Source of the DNA: Bacillota bacterium
GTDB lineage: Bacteria; Bacillota; DTU065
NCBI GenBank assembly: GCA_036721855.1
Contig: DAIMKF010000008.1
Span: 4,003 to 68,002 of the forward strand
DNA length: 64,000 bases
Direction: 5' to 3'
The notes under the pieces are model-generated. The model was not told the origin of the DNA. It saw only the letters and a program-made list of their open reading frames with translations, and ran no database searches. This document shows positions 20,467 to 28,549 of this stretch, piece after piece. Positions within the stretch are counted from its first letter, which is position 1; the number at the start of each line of letters is the position of its first letter. Made by a program: the position numbers and the translations under genes.

Positions 20467-21447
20467 TCATTTATTAAGAAGGTACTGTATTATATTAACA
20501 GCTAAATGACGAAAATCATCATTTGTAGTGTTATCAGGATGCCAAAACCAAGCATTACAGTAAATAGCAGCTTCTGTCTCTACTAAAGCCACATTGAGAC
20601 CTTCTTCGCGCATTGGATTTAATGAATTATTAAGCCAGATACCAATCGGTTTACCATTTCCAAGCCACTGACAGATCAACTGATCAGCAGTAACGAGTTT
20701 AATTTCCTCCGGAAGGTCTTTCCAAACCGAATGATTGTTTAGATCCTCGGGCTTGCCAATAAAGACACCACCTGTACCTATCCAGCTACTATATTTCATA
20801 TCATAGATCTCTTCTAGTTGGAAGTTGCCATCTCCGACTCTCTGATTGGCTGCATCGCGGAATGAAGATTGATAGGTACCAAAGACTTTTAACTTACCAG
20901 AGGCAGCTAAATTCAAAACCACATCAGCTGCGCTAGTATCCATTTTGCGATTGCCGGGAAGAACCAAAAGTTTGTAATTGCTAAGCTTATTACTGTTAGC
21001 CAAGTCAGCGTCGGAAACAATATCAAATTCGATCTTTGCTTCGTTAAAGACATCAAAGATACCATCCATCATGGCCTCGTATGGCCAGCCTAATTGAGTA
21101 TAAAAGTCGTTAGTTAATTCGCTATCCAAAATAGCAACTTTAGTAGGTATTGATTTAAAAACAGCTTTAACATATTTTGTTTTATCCATTTTGATACTGG
21201 TTTTCAAGTTTTCACCTGATAAGTCGCCTTCCCATTTTAAAAAGGCCCAACCTTCTTTTGGTAATGCTTCCAATTGTATAACGGTATCTTTCTTATAACC
21301 TTTGTTCTTATCATCAGGGGTTATTTTTACAGTTCCCTGACCATCAATTGAAATGTTTAGGAAAACGTTTGAGGAAAGAAAACATCCACTTACTGACAAC
21401 AATAATACTAAAAGCAATAGATATAATATCCAAGGCTGTCTATTCAT
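20467..21447 (-). CDS. lipoprotein with InlB-B-repeat-like domain and amidotransferase-fold-like C-terminal domain
   Basis: Lipobox LSVSGC. Repeat-domain pattern GWAFLKWEGDLSG. Confidence 0.5.
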   Translation of the reverse strand: MNRQPWILYLLLLVLLLSVSGCFLSSNVFLNISIDGQGTVKITPDDKNKGYKKDTVIQLEALPKEGWAFLKWEGDLSGENLKTSIKMDKTKYVKAVFKSIPTKVAILDSELTNDFYTQLGWPYEAMMDGIFDVFNEAKIEFDIVSDADLANSNKLSNYKLLVLPGNRKMDTSAADVVLNLAASGKLKVFGTYQSSFRDAANQRVGDGNFQLEEIYDMKYSSWIGTGGVFIGKPEDLNNHSVWKDLPEEIKLVTADQLICQWLGNGKPIGIWLNNSLNPMREEGLNVALVETEAAIYCNAWFWHPDNTTNDDFRHLAVNIIQYLLNK

Positions 21448-22110
21448 TGAAACTCCTCCTAAAAAAGTTATTGGATATTTCGAGAACCTTAAAGGAAGCG
21501 TCTAAATCAATACTCTCGTAAAGAGAAGGTTGATGCACAGCTACAAACCAGCTCTGGAGATTGATATTAAGTATGGCTTCGTAAAAGACAGTAGGAGATT
21601 TCCTTTCTTGAGTATTAATATCAGAAAAAAATAACTATTCTTAGTTAGCATATAAGGGTACCGAGAAAATGCTAAACAACTCAAAAAACGCAATTAAATG
21701 CAGAAAGATTTAATGATTACTATATTATATTTAGCTTGAGAAAGAAAAAGACTTCTTAAGAAGATAGAAAACAGAGGTATCTAGATGTTACTAAAAGCTT
21801 AGTGTTGATAGTTATGGACTTAAGCACTTATTTTTATATTAAAATAGTGCTAGGGGAATACAGAATAACCCGAAAACCCTTATATTTTTTAGAGAAAACA
21901 CAGTACAATCTTTCTAGCATACAAGTGACACTGGATTTTACACTGCCTTTTTCTGGTAAACTACAAGCAGTTAATTAAATCCCCAGGCCTAAATCGAAGC
22001 ATCAGAATTTGTTTAGGAGTGTAAGGGAGAATGTTAACCGGGTTGAGCCTCTTAAATAAATAAAAAAGTTCTCTATTCGGAGAGACTAAGCTTTATAGGA
22101 GGTTCACAGG

Positions 22111-22707
22111 ATGGATACACGTTTATTTATTGTAGGTCTTTGTCAAGGAGAAATAATTAATAAAGCGTTACTTATGCAAAGACTCTTGTCAGAGAAATAC
22201 AAAATCTATAAAAAAAGACTCCCACCGTTGCATATTACTTTTGAGGTAGTGGAGGCACCAGAAAAACAACTAATAGCTAAAATAAAAGACGCTATTTATC
22301 AGGCCTCCCTTAATATCAATTCGTTTCCGATTAGAACCAATGGATTTGCCTGTTTCCCCCCACCTTATAAATCGGTCGGTTTGTTGATTGAAAAGGATGA
22401 AGAGTTGGAATCTGCCGCCGGAATAATCAAAAAGCAGCTAAATAGGGCAGGTGTCTACACAACTAATCCCTTTGGTAGGAACAGGGTTTTCCATCTAACT
22501 ATAGTTAATACCTTTTTAGCTGATCGGAAATGGAGTGAAGATGAATTTCTTGAAGTTTGTCATGTGGTAGATAAAATTCCACTAGATTTACGAGGTTTGG
22601 TGTTTCAACTCGCTCTTTGGCATCCTACTAAGGTGAAAGAGGCAATGAGTGAAGGTACATTTCCACTTCAAGATAGAAAAATTGTATCAGTTAATCTTGA
22701 AACTTAA
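22111..22707 (+). CDS. 2H-phosphoesterase superfamily (LigT-like) protein
   Basis: Two HxT motifs (PLHITF and VFHLTI) at the spacing typical of 2H enzymes. Confidence 0.5.
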   Translation: MDTRLFIVGLCQGEIINKALLMQRLLSEKYKIYKKRLPPLHITFEVVEAPEKQLIAKIKDAIYQASLNINSFPIRTNGFACFPPPYKSVGLLIEKDEELESAAGIIKKQLNRAGVYTTNPFGRNRVFHLTIVNTFLADRKWSEDEFLEVCHVVDKIPLDLRGLVFQLALWHPTKVKEAMSEGTFPLQDRKIVSVNLET

Positions 22708-22895
22708 AAAAGTTCTTTGGTAAAAATTACTAGTCGCTCTAATTACAAAAAAACGGTTGCTTTTCCAGGTCACAAAAAATCTTCTTGGTTTAGTTTGGTT
22801 TTAGTTATTAATTTAGAAGGGAAAGAGTGTTGCTATACATAATTAACTTTATGATGAACAATTTTACTATGAAAGACTTTTTAGGGGGGTTTGGT

Positions 22896-24179
22896 ATGCG
22901 TAAAGCTACTTTACTACTAGTTATTGTTTTGCTATTTGGAGTGTTAGCATCAGCAGTGGAGATAACTGCTTGGGTTACCTATGGAGGAGTTATGGGTAAT
23001 ATTCTCAAGGAAATGATTGACAAAGACTTTTCTCCTAAAACGGGTATAAAGGTTAGATACGAACCTTATATGGTTGATGCTGCTTTTTTTCAAAAAGCAT
23101 TGTTAGCTATAGCTACAGGTGACGCACCTGATGTTATGACACTAGGAGCAGGACAGGTTGTTGATCTTGCCTTGCGTGGAGCAATTGAGGATCTTAATTC
23201 TTTTCCCGATTATAATAAAGCTGTTGCAGATATTTATCCTGGGGCACTAAGAACATTAACATTTAAAGATCATGTTTTTGGCTTGCCTTTTGAACTAGGA
23301 TGGACAATTTCATTTTATAGGTCGGATATTTTTAATGAATTAGGACTAAATCCTCCTAATACTTGGGATGAACTCAAAAAAATAATTCCCAAGATTCAAG
23401 CACAGGGGAAATCCATGTATCTTTCAACAATTGGCAACACACCAGATGGTCATGTACGTGCGTTTTTCCCATTTATCTACCAAAGAAACCAGGATATCTT
23501 TACAGAAGATGGTCTACGTTCTAATTTAGATTCTCAAGCAGCATTAGAGGCTTTTAGAGAGTTTACATCTTTTTATACTGAGTATAAATCACCTCTTGAG
23601 TTACCTGAAATTGAAGCCTTTAGCAATGGAGATACACCTTATATGGTATCCCTCAATTGGCTTTATTCAAGATTTATCCTTGGTAAACCACAGCTAAAAG
23701 GTAAGTGGGGTATTACACAGGCACCTGGAACAGTTGATGCTAAAGGTAAGATAAATAGGAATGTGCCGTTATCTTCCTTTGCTTTTGCCATGCCGGTAAA
23801 TAAAAACCAGGAAAAACGTCAAGCAGCTTGGGAATTCTTAAAATGGATCGCTTCAGATGCAGTTCAAAAAGAGTTCCAAAAGAGAATCTATGATTCACCG
23901 GAAGAATGGATTTTAGTTTTTGGGACTAAAGGAACAGCCAACTCTGAGGTGTTTGACGAAAAGGATCGTAAAGTAATTGATGCTACATTAAAAGAAGCAA
24001 TTGGTCCAAAAGCTGTTGTAGGTGGTTACCAGACCTATCGTTACCTTAGCTTTGCCTTTTCAAAAGTAGTCATGCAAAAAGAAGATCATAAAAAAGCTCT
24101 CTTAGAGGCAGCTAAAGATTCTAATAATGAGTTGATTAAAAAGCAAAAAGAGTTCGAGCGTTTTGTCAAAAAACTTTAA
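22896..24179 (+). CDS. ABC-type extracellular solute-binding protein (family 1, sugar-type), orphan
   Basis: Signal peptide ending ASA-VE. GDAPDV motif. The start is probably ATG 22896 after AGGGGGG. No permease or ATPase genes adjacent. Confidence 0.75.
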   Translation: MRKATLLLVIVLLFGVLASAVEITAWVTYGGVMGNILKEMIDKDFSPKTGIKVRYEPYMVDAAFFQKALLAIATGDAPDVMTLGAGQVVDLALRGAIEDLNSFPDYNKAVADIYPGALRTLTFKDHVFGLPFELGWTISFYRSDIFNELGLNPPNTWDELKKIIPKIQAQGKSMYLSTIGNTPDGHVRAFFPFIYQRNQDIFTEDGLRSNLDSQAALEAFREFTSFYTEYKSPLELPEIEAFSNGDTPYMVSLNWLYSRFILGKPQLKGKWGITQAPGTVDAKGKINRNVPLSSFAFAMPVNKNQEKRQAAWEFLKWIASDAVQKEFQKRIYDSPEEWILVFGTKGTANSEVFDEKDRKVIDATLKEAIGPKAVVGGYQTYRYLSFAFSKVVMQKEDHKKALLEAAKDSNNELIKKQKEFERFVKKL

Positions 24180-24282
24180 GGAATCCGATTAAACTTTTGC
24201 TTTATCTCAAACTAAGAAAGTGCATGTACTAAATTAATTGGATCAAACCTTTACAAAGGGTATCCGAAAATAATCTGGATCT

Positions 24283-24320
24283 AAAAGAACGAGAAGCCAA
24301 TTACTTCTCGTTCTTTTTTA
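24283..24320 (+). terminator. intrinsic terminator
   Basis: AAAAGAACGAGAAG-ccaatta-CTTCTCGTTCTTTT followed by a T-run. Confidence 0.7.
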
Positions 24321-24463
24321 GGCAAAACAGTAAAATGGTTATAAATATTCAGTTGTAATTAGGTAAGAATCTGTCTTTATTTAGGCAGTGTATTCTTCTA
24401 AGAAGAGCTTTTAATATATAGGCACAGTAAATACAATAAAGGCTGAGATACTCAGTTGCTGAC

Positions 24464-25075
24464 TCATATTAAAAATGAGGCTAACAACTGCAAGACAAAC
24501 GGGACAAACATTGAAAGGACAGCTCCGGAAATAAAAGCAGCTAGTGCTGTTTTAGGACCTGCGACTTTTAAGATAACAGGCAGAGTACTATCCATTGTAG
24601 TTGCTCCACCGGCAGCAAAGGTTAGTGGCTTTATTCCTCCTTTTTCCAAGTTGCTTTTGGCCAATAGAGGTGCCAGAAAAAAGGTGCCTAATTCACGGAA
24701 AAGATTAGTCAAAAAGGCAACTGTTCCTAGTTCCGGTGAAACCAGTTTGCCAAGGAGTGGACCGGAGAGGCTATACCAGCCAAAAGCTGAGGCACAAGTT
24801 AAGCTAGGCAGCCAACCGAGCGGTAAAAATAGACCGGCAAAAAGTGCGCCGGATAAAGAACCTACACCGATCAGCATAGGATAGATAAGCAGAGAAAAAC
24901 CTTCCTTTTTAATCTGTTTAAAAAGCTCTCTATCTTGTCCAAAATCAAAACCGACAAAAAACATCATTAGTAGCAGAGAGATTGTCACTAAATGGTCTAT
25001 GGTATAACTAAAATCAGGATAGATATAACCAAATAAGATCCCCAAAAGCACAGTAATAATTATTTTAATTGTCAT
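24464..25075 (-). CDS. LysO-family (DUF340) membrane protein, large subunit
   Basis: 203-aa polytopic ORF overlapping the upstream 91-aa DUF340-like ORF by 11 nt. This is the usual two-gene arrangement. Confidence 0.65.
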   Translation of the reverse strand: MTIKIIITVLLGILFGYIYPDFSYTIDHLVTISLLLMMFFVGFDFGQDRELFKQIKKEGFSLLIYPMLIGVGSLSGALFAGLFLPLGWLPSLTCASAFGWYSLSGPLLGKLVSPELGTVAFLTNLFRELGTFFLAPLLAKSNLEKGGIKPLTFAAGGATTMDSTLPVILKVAGPKTALAAFISGAVLSMFVPFVLQLLASFLI

Positions 25076-25340
25076 TTAGATCCCTCCTAAGGAGGTAGAG
25101 CTTAACTGCTAAAAGGCTACCGGCAACTGTAGCTACACAAAGGATGAAAGCTTGGATTCCCAAGGATTTAAGCATGTGAAGAAGTTCCTTGTTGGCGCCA
25201 ATACCATATCCTAGTGAAAAAAGCATAAGTAAAAGAATCCCCCAAGAGATGCGACTAGTATCTTTCTTTGGTAACTTAAAAATATTACCGGCCAGGAAAC
25301 CAAGACCAAGAAAGAGAAAACAAAGCAGCAAAAAATGCAT
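25065..25340 (-). CDS. LysO-family (DUF340) membrane protein, small subunit
   Basis: 91 aa with three TM segments, GGTGGTGA RBS. Confidence 0.6.
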   Translation of the reverse strand: MHFLLLCFLFLGLGFLAGNIFKLPKKDTSRISWGILLLMLFSLGYGIGANKELLHMLKSLGIQAFILCVATVAGSLLAVKLYLLRRDLNDN

Positions 25341-25847
25341 CGAGTTTCACCACCATTATTAGTTACTCTTAAAATAACAGTCTTGTACTTTTAAGAGCCA
25401 GGTTTTTACTTACCTTTGGAATTAGTTGAGATAGCATTCTACAGATCAAACATATTTAACATTCAAGGTTTGAATCCTCCAAGAATAAATACAACCAGCA
25501 AAAAACCAGGATATTATTACTGGAGATGGCTTTAGCTCAAACTAAAATTTTTCTAAGGTGCCGTAAGCTTTCAGAGAATTCACTTTCTGTTAAATCCATG
25601 GTAAGTCTTCTATCGAGTTACTGGAGATTCCAGCCTTTAGAAGTGGGGATATATTTAGCAAAGCATTACTAAAGTAATTACGTAGTTCTAAGTACTCCGG
25701 ATACCAATATTAATCGCAATTTACCGGAATGTTAAAAATAATTTGAACATATAGTAGCAAAACTCTAACTTTTAATAGTTTAACTCACTTTTTATGGTGG
25801 TATATTAAAACAGCATAATAATTTATTTACAAAGAGAGGGAACTAAG

Positions 25848-26009
25848 ATGGAAAAATGGGTTTGTACAATTTGTGGTTATGTCTATGATCCTGAAATTGG
25901 TGATCCAGATAACGGCATTGCTCCTAAAACAGCATTTGAAGATATTCCAGAAAGCTGGGTCTGCCCTGAGTGTGGTGTAGGTAAGAATTTATTTGAAAAG
26001 GAAGATTAA
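25848..26009 (+). CDS. rubredoxin
   Basis: 53-aa ORF absent from the track (below its length cutoff): [53 protein letters not shown]. Two CxxCG knuckles. AGAGAGGG RBS. The stop is 3 nt before the next start. Confidence 0.9.
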   Translation: MEKWVCTICGYVYDPEIGDPDNGIAPKTAFEDIPESWVCPECGVGKNLFEKED

Positions 26010-26012
26010 CCT

Positions 26013-27194
26013 ATGCAAATAGAAAAGGTTACCCATCGGGTAGACTGGATTGGTGTAGCCGATCCGAAACTGGAAATCTTCGATATTGTGATACCAACCG
26101 AGTGGGGAACAACTTATAACGCTTATATCATTAGCGCTGAAAAGATAACTTTAGTCGACACAGTCAAAGACGTTTTCGCAGAGTCATACCTAGCCAAAAT
26201 AAAAGCTAGGGTTAATTTAGACAGGATTGAGTACTTGGTAGTCAATCACACAGAACCGGATCATTCAGGTTCGATAGCTAAGTTGCTCGAACTTAATCCT
26301 AACATCACAATTGTAAGCACTAAAGCTGGCAACTTATTTCTAAAAGAACAAGTAAATAAACCTTTTAAGTCTTTAATTATAAATGATGGGGATACATTAA
26401 ATCTTGGTGATATGAATTTAGAGTTTATTGAGGCACCATTCTTGCATTGGCCGGATTCAATGTTTATCTATCTTAAAGAAGAACAAGTTCTCTTTACTTG
26501 TGATGCTTTCGGGTGCCATTTCTGTGATAAAAACGGTAAAATTTTCAATGATGAAATAGTTAATTTTAAAGAAGCTTACCGCTATTATTACGATGAAATA
26601 ATGTCTCCATTTAAGTCATACATTATGGATGCTACAGAGAAAATAATTAATTTACCTGTAAAAATAGTTGCTACCGGCCATGGGCCTATTCTTAGAAAAG
26701 AACCTAAAAAATATTTTAATTTATATTTAGACTGGAGTCGTCCCCCAAAAAAAAACAAGAAAAAACTGGTTGTGGCTTATATTAGCGCCTATGGTAACAC
26801 TAGAAAAATAGCCGAAGCAATTGCTAGTGGTTTTAGCAACTCTGGTGGAGAAGTTGATCTTTTAGATGTTGCTTCGATGGACTTTAGAAAGATGCGCAAG
26901 GCATTTGAAGAAGCTGATGCACTAGCCTTTGGGTCACCAACATTTAATGCCGATGCAGTAGTTCCAATTTGGGTTGCCTTAAGTGCCGTCTCTCCAAAAA
27001 CCAGTCGAAATAAACCAGCTTTAGCTTTTGGTGATTATGGCTGGAGTGGCGAAGGTGTTTTAAACATCGCCGAACGGCTAAAAAGTTTGAAACTTAAATT
27101 AGTAGCAGATGGATTTAGGGTTAGGTTTACCCCTACAGCTTCGGATTTAAATAAAGCAAAGGAGCTTGGTGAGAGATTATATCACGAAAGTTAA
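26013..27194 (+). CDS. flavodiiron protein (FprA / rubredoxin:oxygen oxidoreductase type)
   Basis: Metallo-beta-lactamase-like domain with the HTEPDHSG diiron motif, plus a C-terminal flavodoxin-like domain. Confidence 0.85.
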   Translation: MQIEKVTHRVDWIGVADPKLEIFDIVIPTEWGTTYNAYIISAEKITLVDTVKDVFAESYLAKIKARVNLDRIEYLVVNHTEPDHSGSIAKLLELNPNITIVSTKAGNLFLKEQVNKPFKSLIINDGDTLNLGDMNLEFIEAPFLHWPDSMFIYLKEEQVLFTCDAFGCHFCDKNGKIFNDEIVNFKEAYRYYYDEIMSPFKSYIMDATEKIINLPVKIVATGHGPILRKEPKKYFNLYLDWSRPPKKNKKKLVVAYISAYGNTRKIAEAIASGFSNSGGEVDLLDVASMDFRKMRKAFEEADALAFGSPTFNADAVVPIWVALSAVSPKTSRNKPALAFGDYGWSGEGVLNIAERLKSLKLKLVADGFRVRFTPTASDLNKAKELGERLYHES

Positions 27195-27230
27195 ATTTCA
27201 GATATTTTTTAGGTTATAAAAGATAATCCC

Positions 27231-27265
27231 AACCCCCATCCTTGATGGGGGTTAGTTGTATTTAT
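27231..27265 (+). terminator. intrinsic terminator
   Basis: AACCCCCAT-ccttg-ATGGGGGTT followed by a T-rich tract. Confidence 0.65.
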
Positions 27266-27318
27266 TGGTTGTAAACGTTAAAATATATTTTAGCTAACTC
27301 AAGGTGAGGGGAATAATA

Positions 27319-28104
27319 ATGGAGCTGCCTAAAAATTATCTACGTAAGCTTTGGCGTGCTGCAATGGAATTTGAAATGTTGTTTTCAAAGGATAAAGTTT
27401 TAGTAGGACTTTCAGGAGGCAAAGATAGTCTGTTTTTACTTTACGCTCTAAAAGTAATGCAGTTGCATTCTCCATTTCCTTTTGAATTAGCAGCAGCTAC
27501 TATTGACTTGGGTTTTAGTGATCTAGATGCAAACTATCTAAGAGCTTACTGTGATAGGTTAGAAGTTCCGTTCTTCTTGGAAAGAACAGCTATCAGTAAC
27601 CTAGTTATAGAGACTGCACCGGACAATCCTTGCAGTAAATGTGCCTTTTTTAGAAGAGGGGCCTTGCTTACAATTTGTCAAAAAGAGGGTTATAATGTTT
27701 TAGCTCTTGCCCATCACCAAGATGATGCAATTGAAACCTTTATACTCAGCCTATTATATTCGGGTCAAATAAAAACTTTTTTACCTAGGACTAACCTTGG
27801 TCGTAGTGGGGTCAGGGTAATTCGCCCCCTAGCTTATTTTAAAGAAGCTGAAGTTAAAGGTGCTCTTAAGTTTACCGGAGTACAGGCTATTAAAGATCCT
27901 TGTCCATATTCAGGGAGAACTCAAAGAACAAAGGTTAAAGCTCTTTTAAAAACACTTGTTAAAGAAAACCCTAATGTTTATACTCATCTTCTTTCTGCAA
28001 TGAGGGAAGGTAAAAAAATAGAATTGTGGCCCAAAACACCTAGTAAAGAAGAGATGCACAGACGATATAAAACATTTTTAGGCAACGTTGACACTTTAAT
28101 GTAA
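27319..28104 (+). CDS. PP-loop ATPase, TtcA-like tRNA thiolation enzyme
   Basis: SGGKDS PP-loop and PCSKCAFFRRG motif. ATG 27319 follows AGGTGAGGGG. Confidence 0.8.
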   Translation: MELPKNYLRKLWRAAMEFEMLFSKDKVLVGLSGGKDSLFLLYALKVMQLHSPFPFELAAATIDLGFSDLDANYLRAYCDRLEVPFFLERTAISNLVIETAPDNPCSKCAFFRRGALLTICQKEGYNVLALAHHQDDAIETFILSLLYSGQIKTFLPRTNLGRSGVRVIRPLAYFKEAEVKGALKFTGVQAIKDPCPYSGRTQRTKVKALLKTLVKENPNVYTHLLSAMREGKKIELWPKTPSKEEMHRRYKTFLGNVDTLM

Positions 28105-28116
28105 ATATTATAAAAT
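28088..28116 (+). promoter_or_regulatory. sigma-A-type promoter
   Basis: TTGACA (28088-28093), 17-nt spacer, TAAAAT (28111-28116). Lies within the last codons of the upstream gene. Confidence 0.6.
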
Positions 28117-28137
28117 GAAAATATAGTGACTACAGTG

Positions 28138-28210
28138 GTTCCTCGTATAATCCTAGGGATATGGCTTGGGAGTATCTACCAGATAGCCGAAAACTATCTG
28201 ACTATGAGGG
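28138..28210 (+). promoter_or_regulatory. purine riboswitch aptamer, guanine-type (C at the ligand-specifying position)
   Basis: CCTCGTATAATCCTAGGGATATGGCTTGGGAGTATCTACCAGATAGCCGAAAACTATCTGACTATGAGG. P1 pairs CCTCGTA with TATGAGG, P2 TCCTAGG with CTTGGGA, P3 CAGATAG with CTATCTG. Conserved UAUAAU, GAUAUGG and UCUACC blocks are present, and the C74-equivalent is C28201. Confidence 0.85.
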
Positions 28211-28373
28211 AGCGGCACTCGAGTCTGTCTACCTACCCACTTACAGTATACGGGACTGCCAACCCGGTTAAAGACTGTAAGAGTTCAGACCGGGTGGTTT
28301 CTCCACTCATTATTCGAGGAGGACGGAACCATCAGGGAGGTGGGCATTAACAGTAGTCGCAATGAGAGGAAAA

Positions 28374-28402
28374 ACTGCAGGTCAAATAACCTGCAGTTTT
28401 TT
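28374..28402 (+). terminator. intrinsic terminator
   Basis: ACTGCAGGT-caaata-ACCTGCAGT (9 bp) followed by TTTTTT. Confidence 0.8.
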
Positions 28403-28549
28403 ATTTCATATTAAAATATTAAAAATTGTTAGTTTATGTAGGAAGGATACACTTATTATTAGTGGATTTTGAATGAGGAAGGAATTTATTATAGGCTGTC
28501 TAAGTACTAATTAAAGGTACTAAACAGTTTTTTAGGGGGGGAGTGTACA

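Noticed and set aside
21814-21978. 54-aa ORF in the 660-nt intergenic region between the lipoprotein and LigT-like genes
   Set aside because: No RBS, no recognisable features and AT-rich promoter-like DNA. The long gap itself remains unexplained, but I could not support any element in it.
25540-25720. Lysine-riboswitch-like strings (AAGGTGCC...TTCAGAGAA...CTGGAGA...GAAGTGGGGA) near the LysO-family genes
   Set aside because: The resemblance is on the plus strand, opposite to the lysO-like genes and facing rubredoxin. Several L-box cores (CGCCGAAG, CUGUCA) are missing, so it is probably chance.
28126-28350. 74-aa ORF on the plus strand
   Set aside because: It starts at a GTG inside the 5' end of the riboswitch transcript and reads straight through the purine aptamer. 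No RBS and no recognisable protein features.
28211-28373. Possible identity as a ZTP, PRPP/ykkC, SRP-Alu-like or T-box element
   Set aside because: There are isolated resemblances (GACTGCC, GGTGG...CCAC, a terminal GGGCA, CGGGAC...AACCCGGT). But the order and core motifs of those families (CCGCCUGGGCA, GGUCCGAGAG, GGAAGCAGC, AGGGUGGUACCGCG) are not present. The region is left as unassigned structured RNA.
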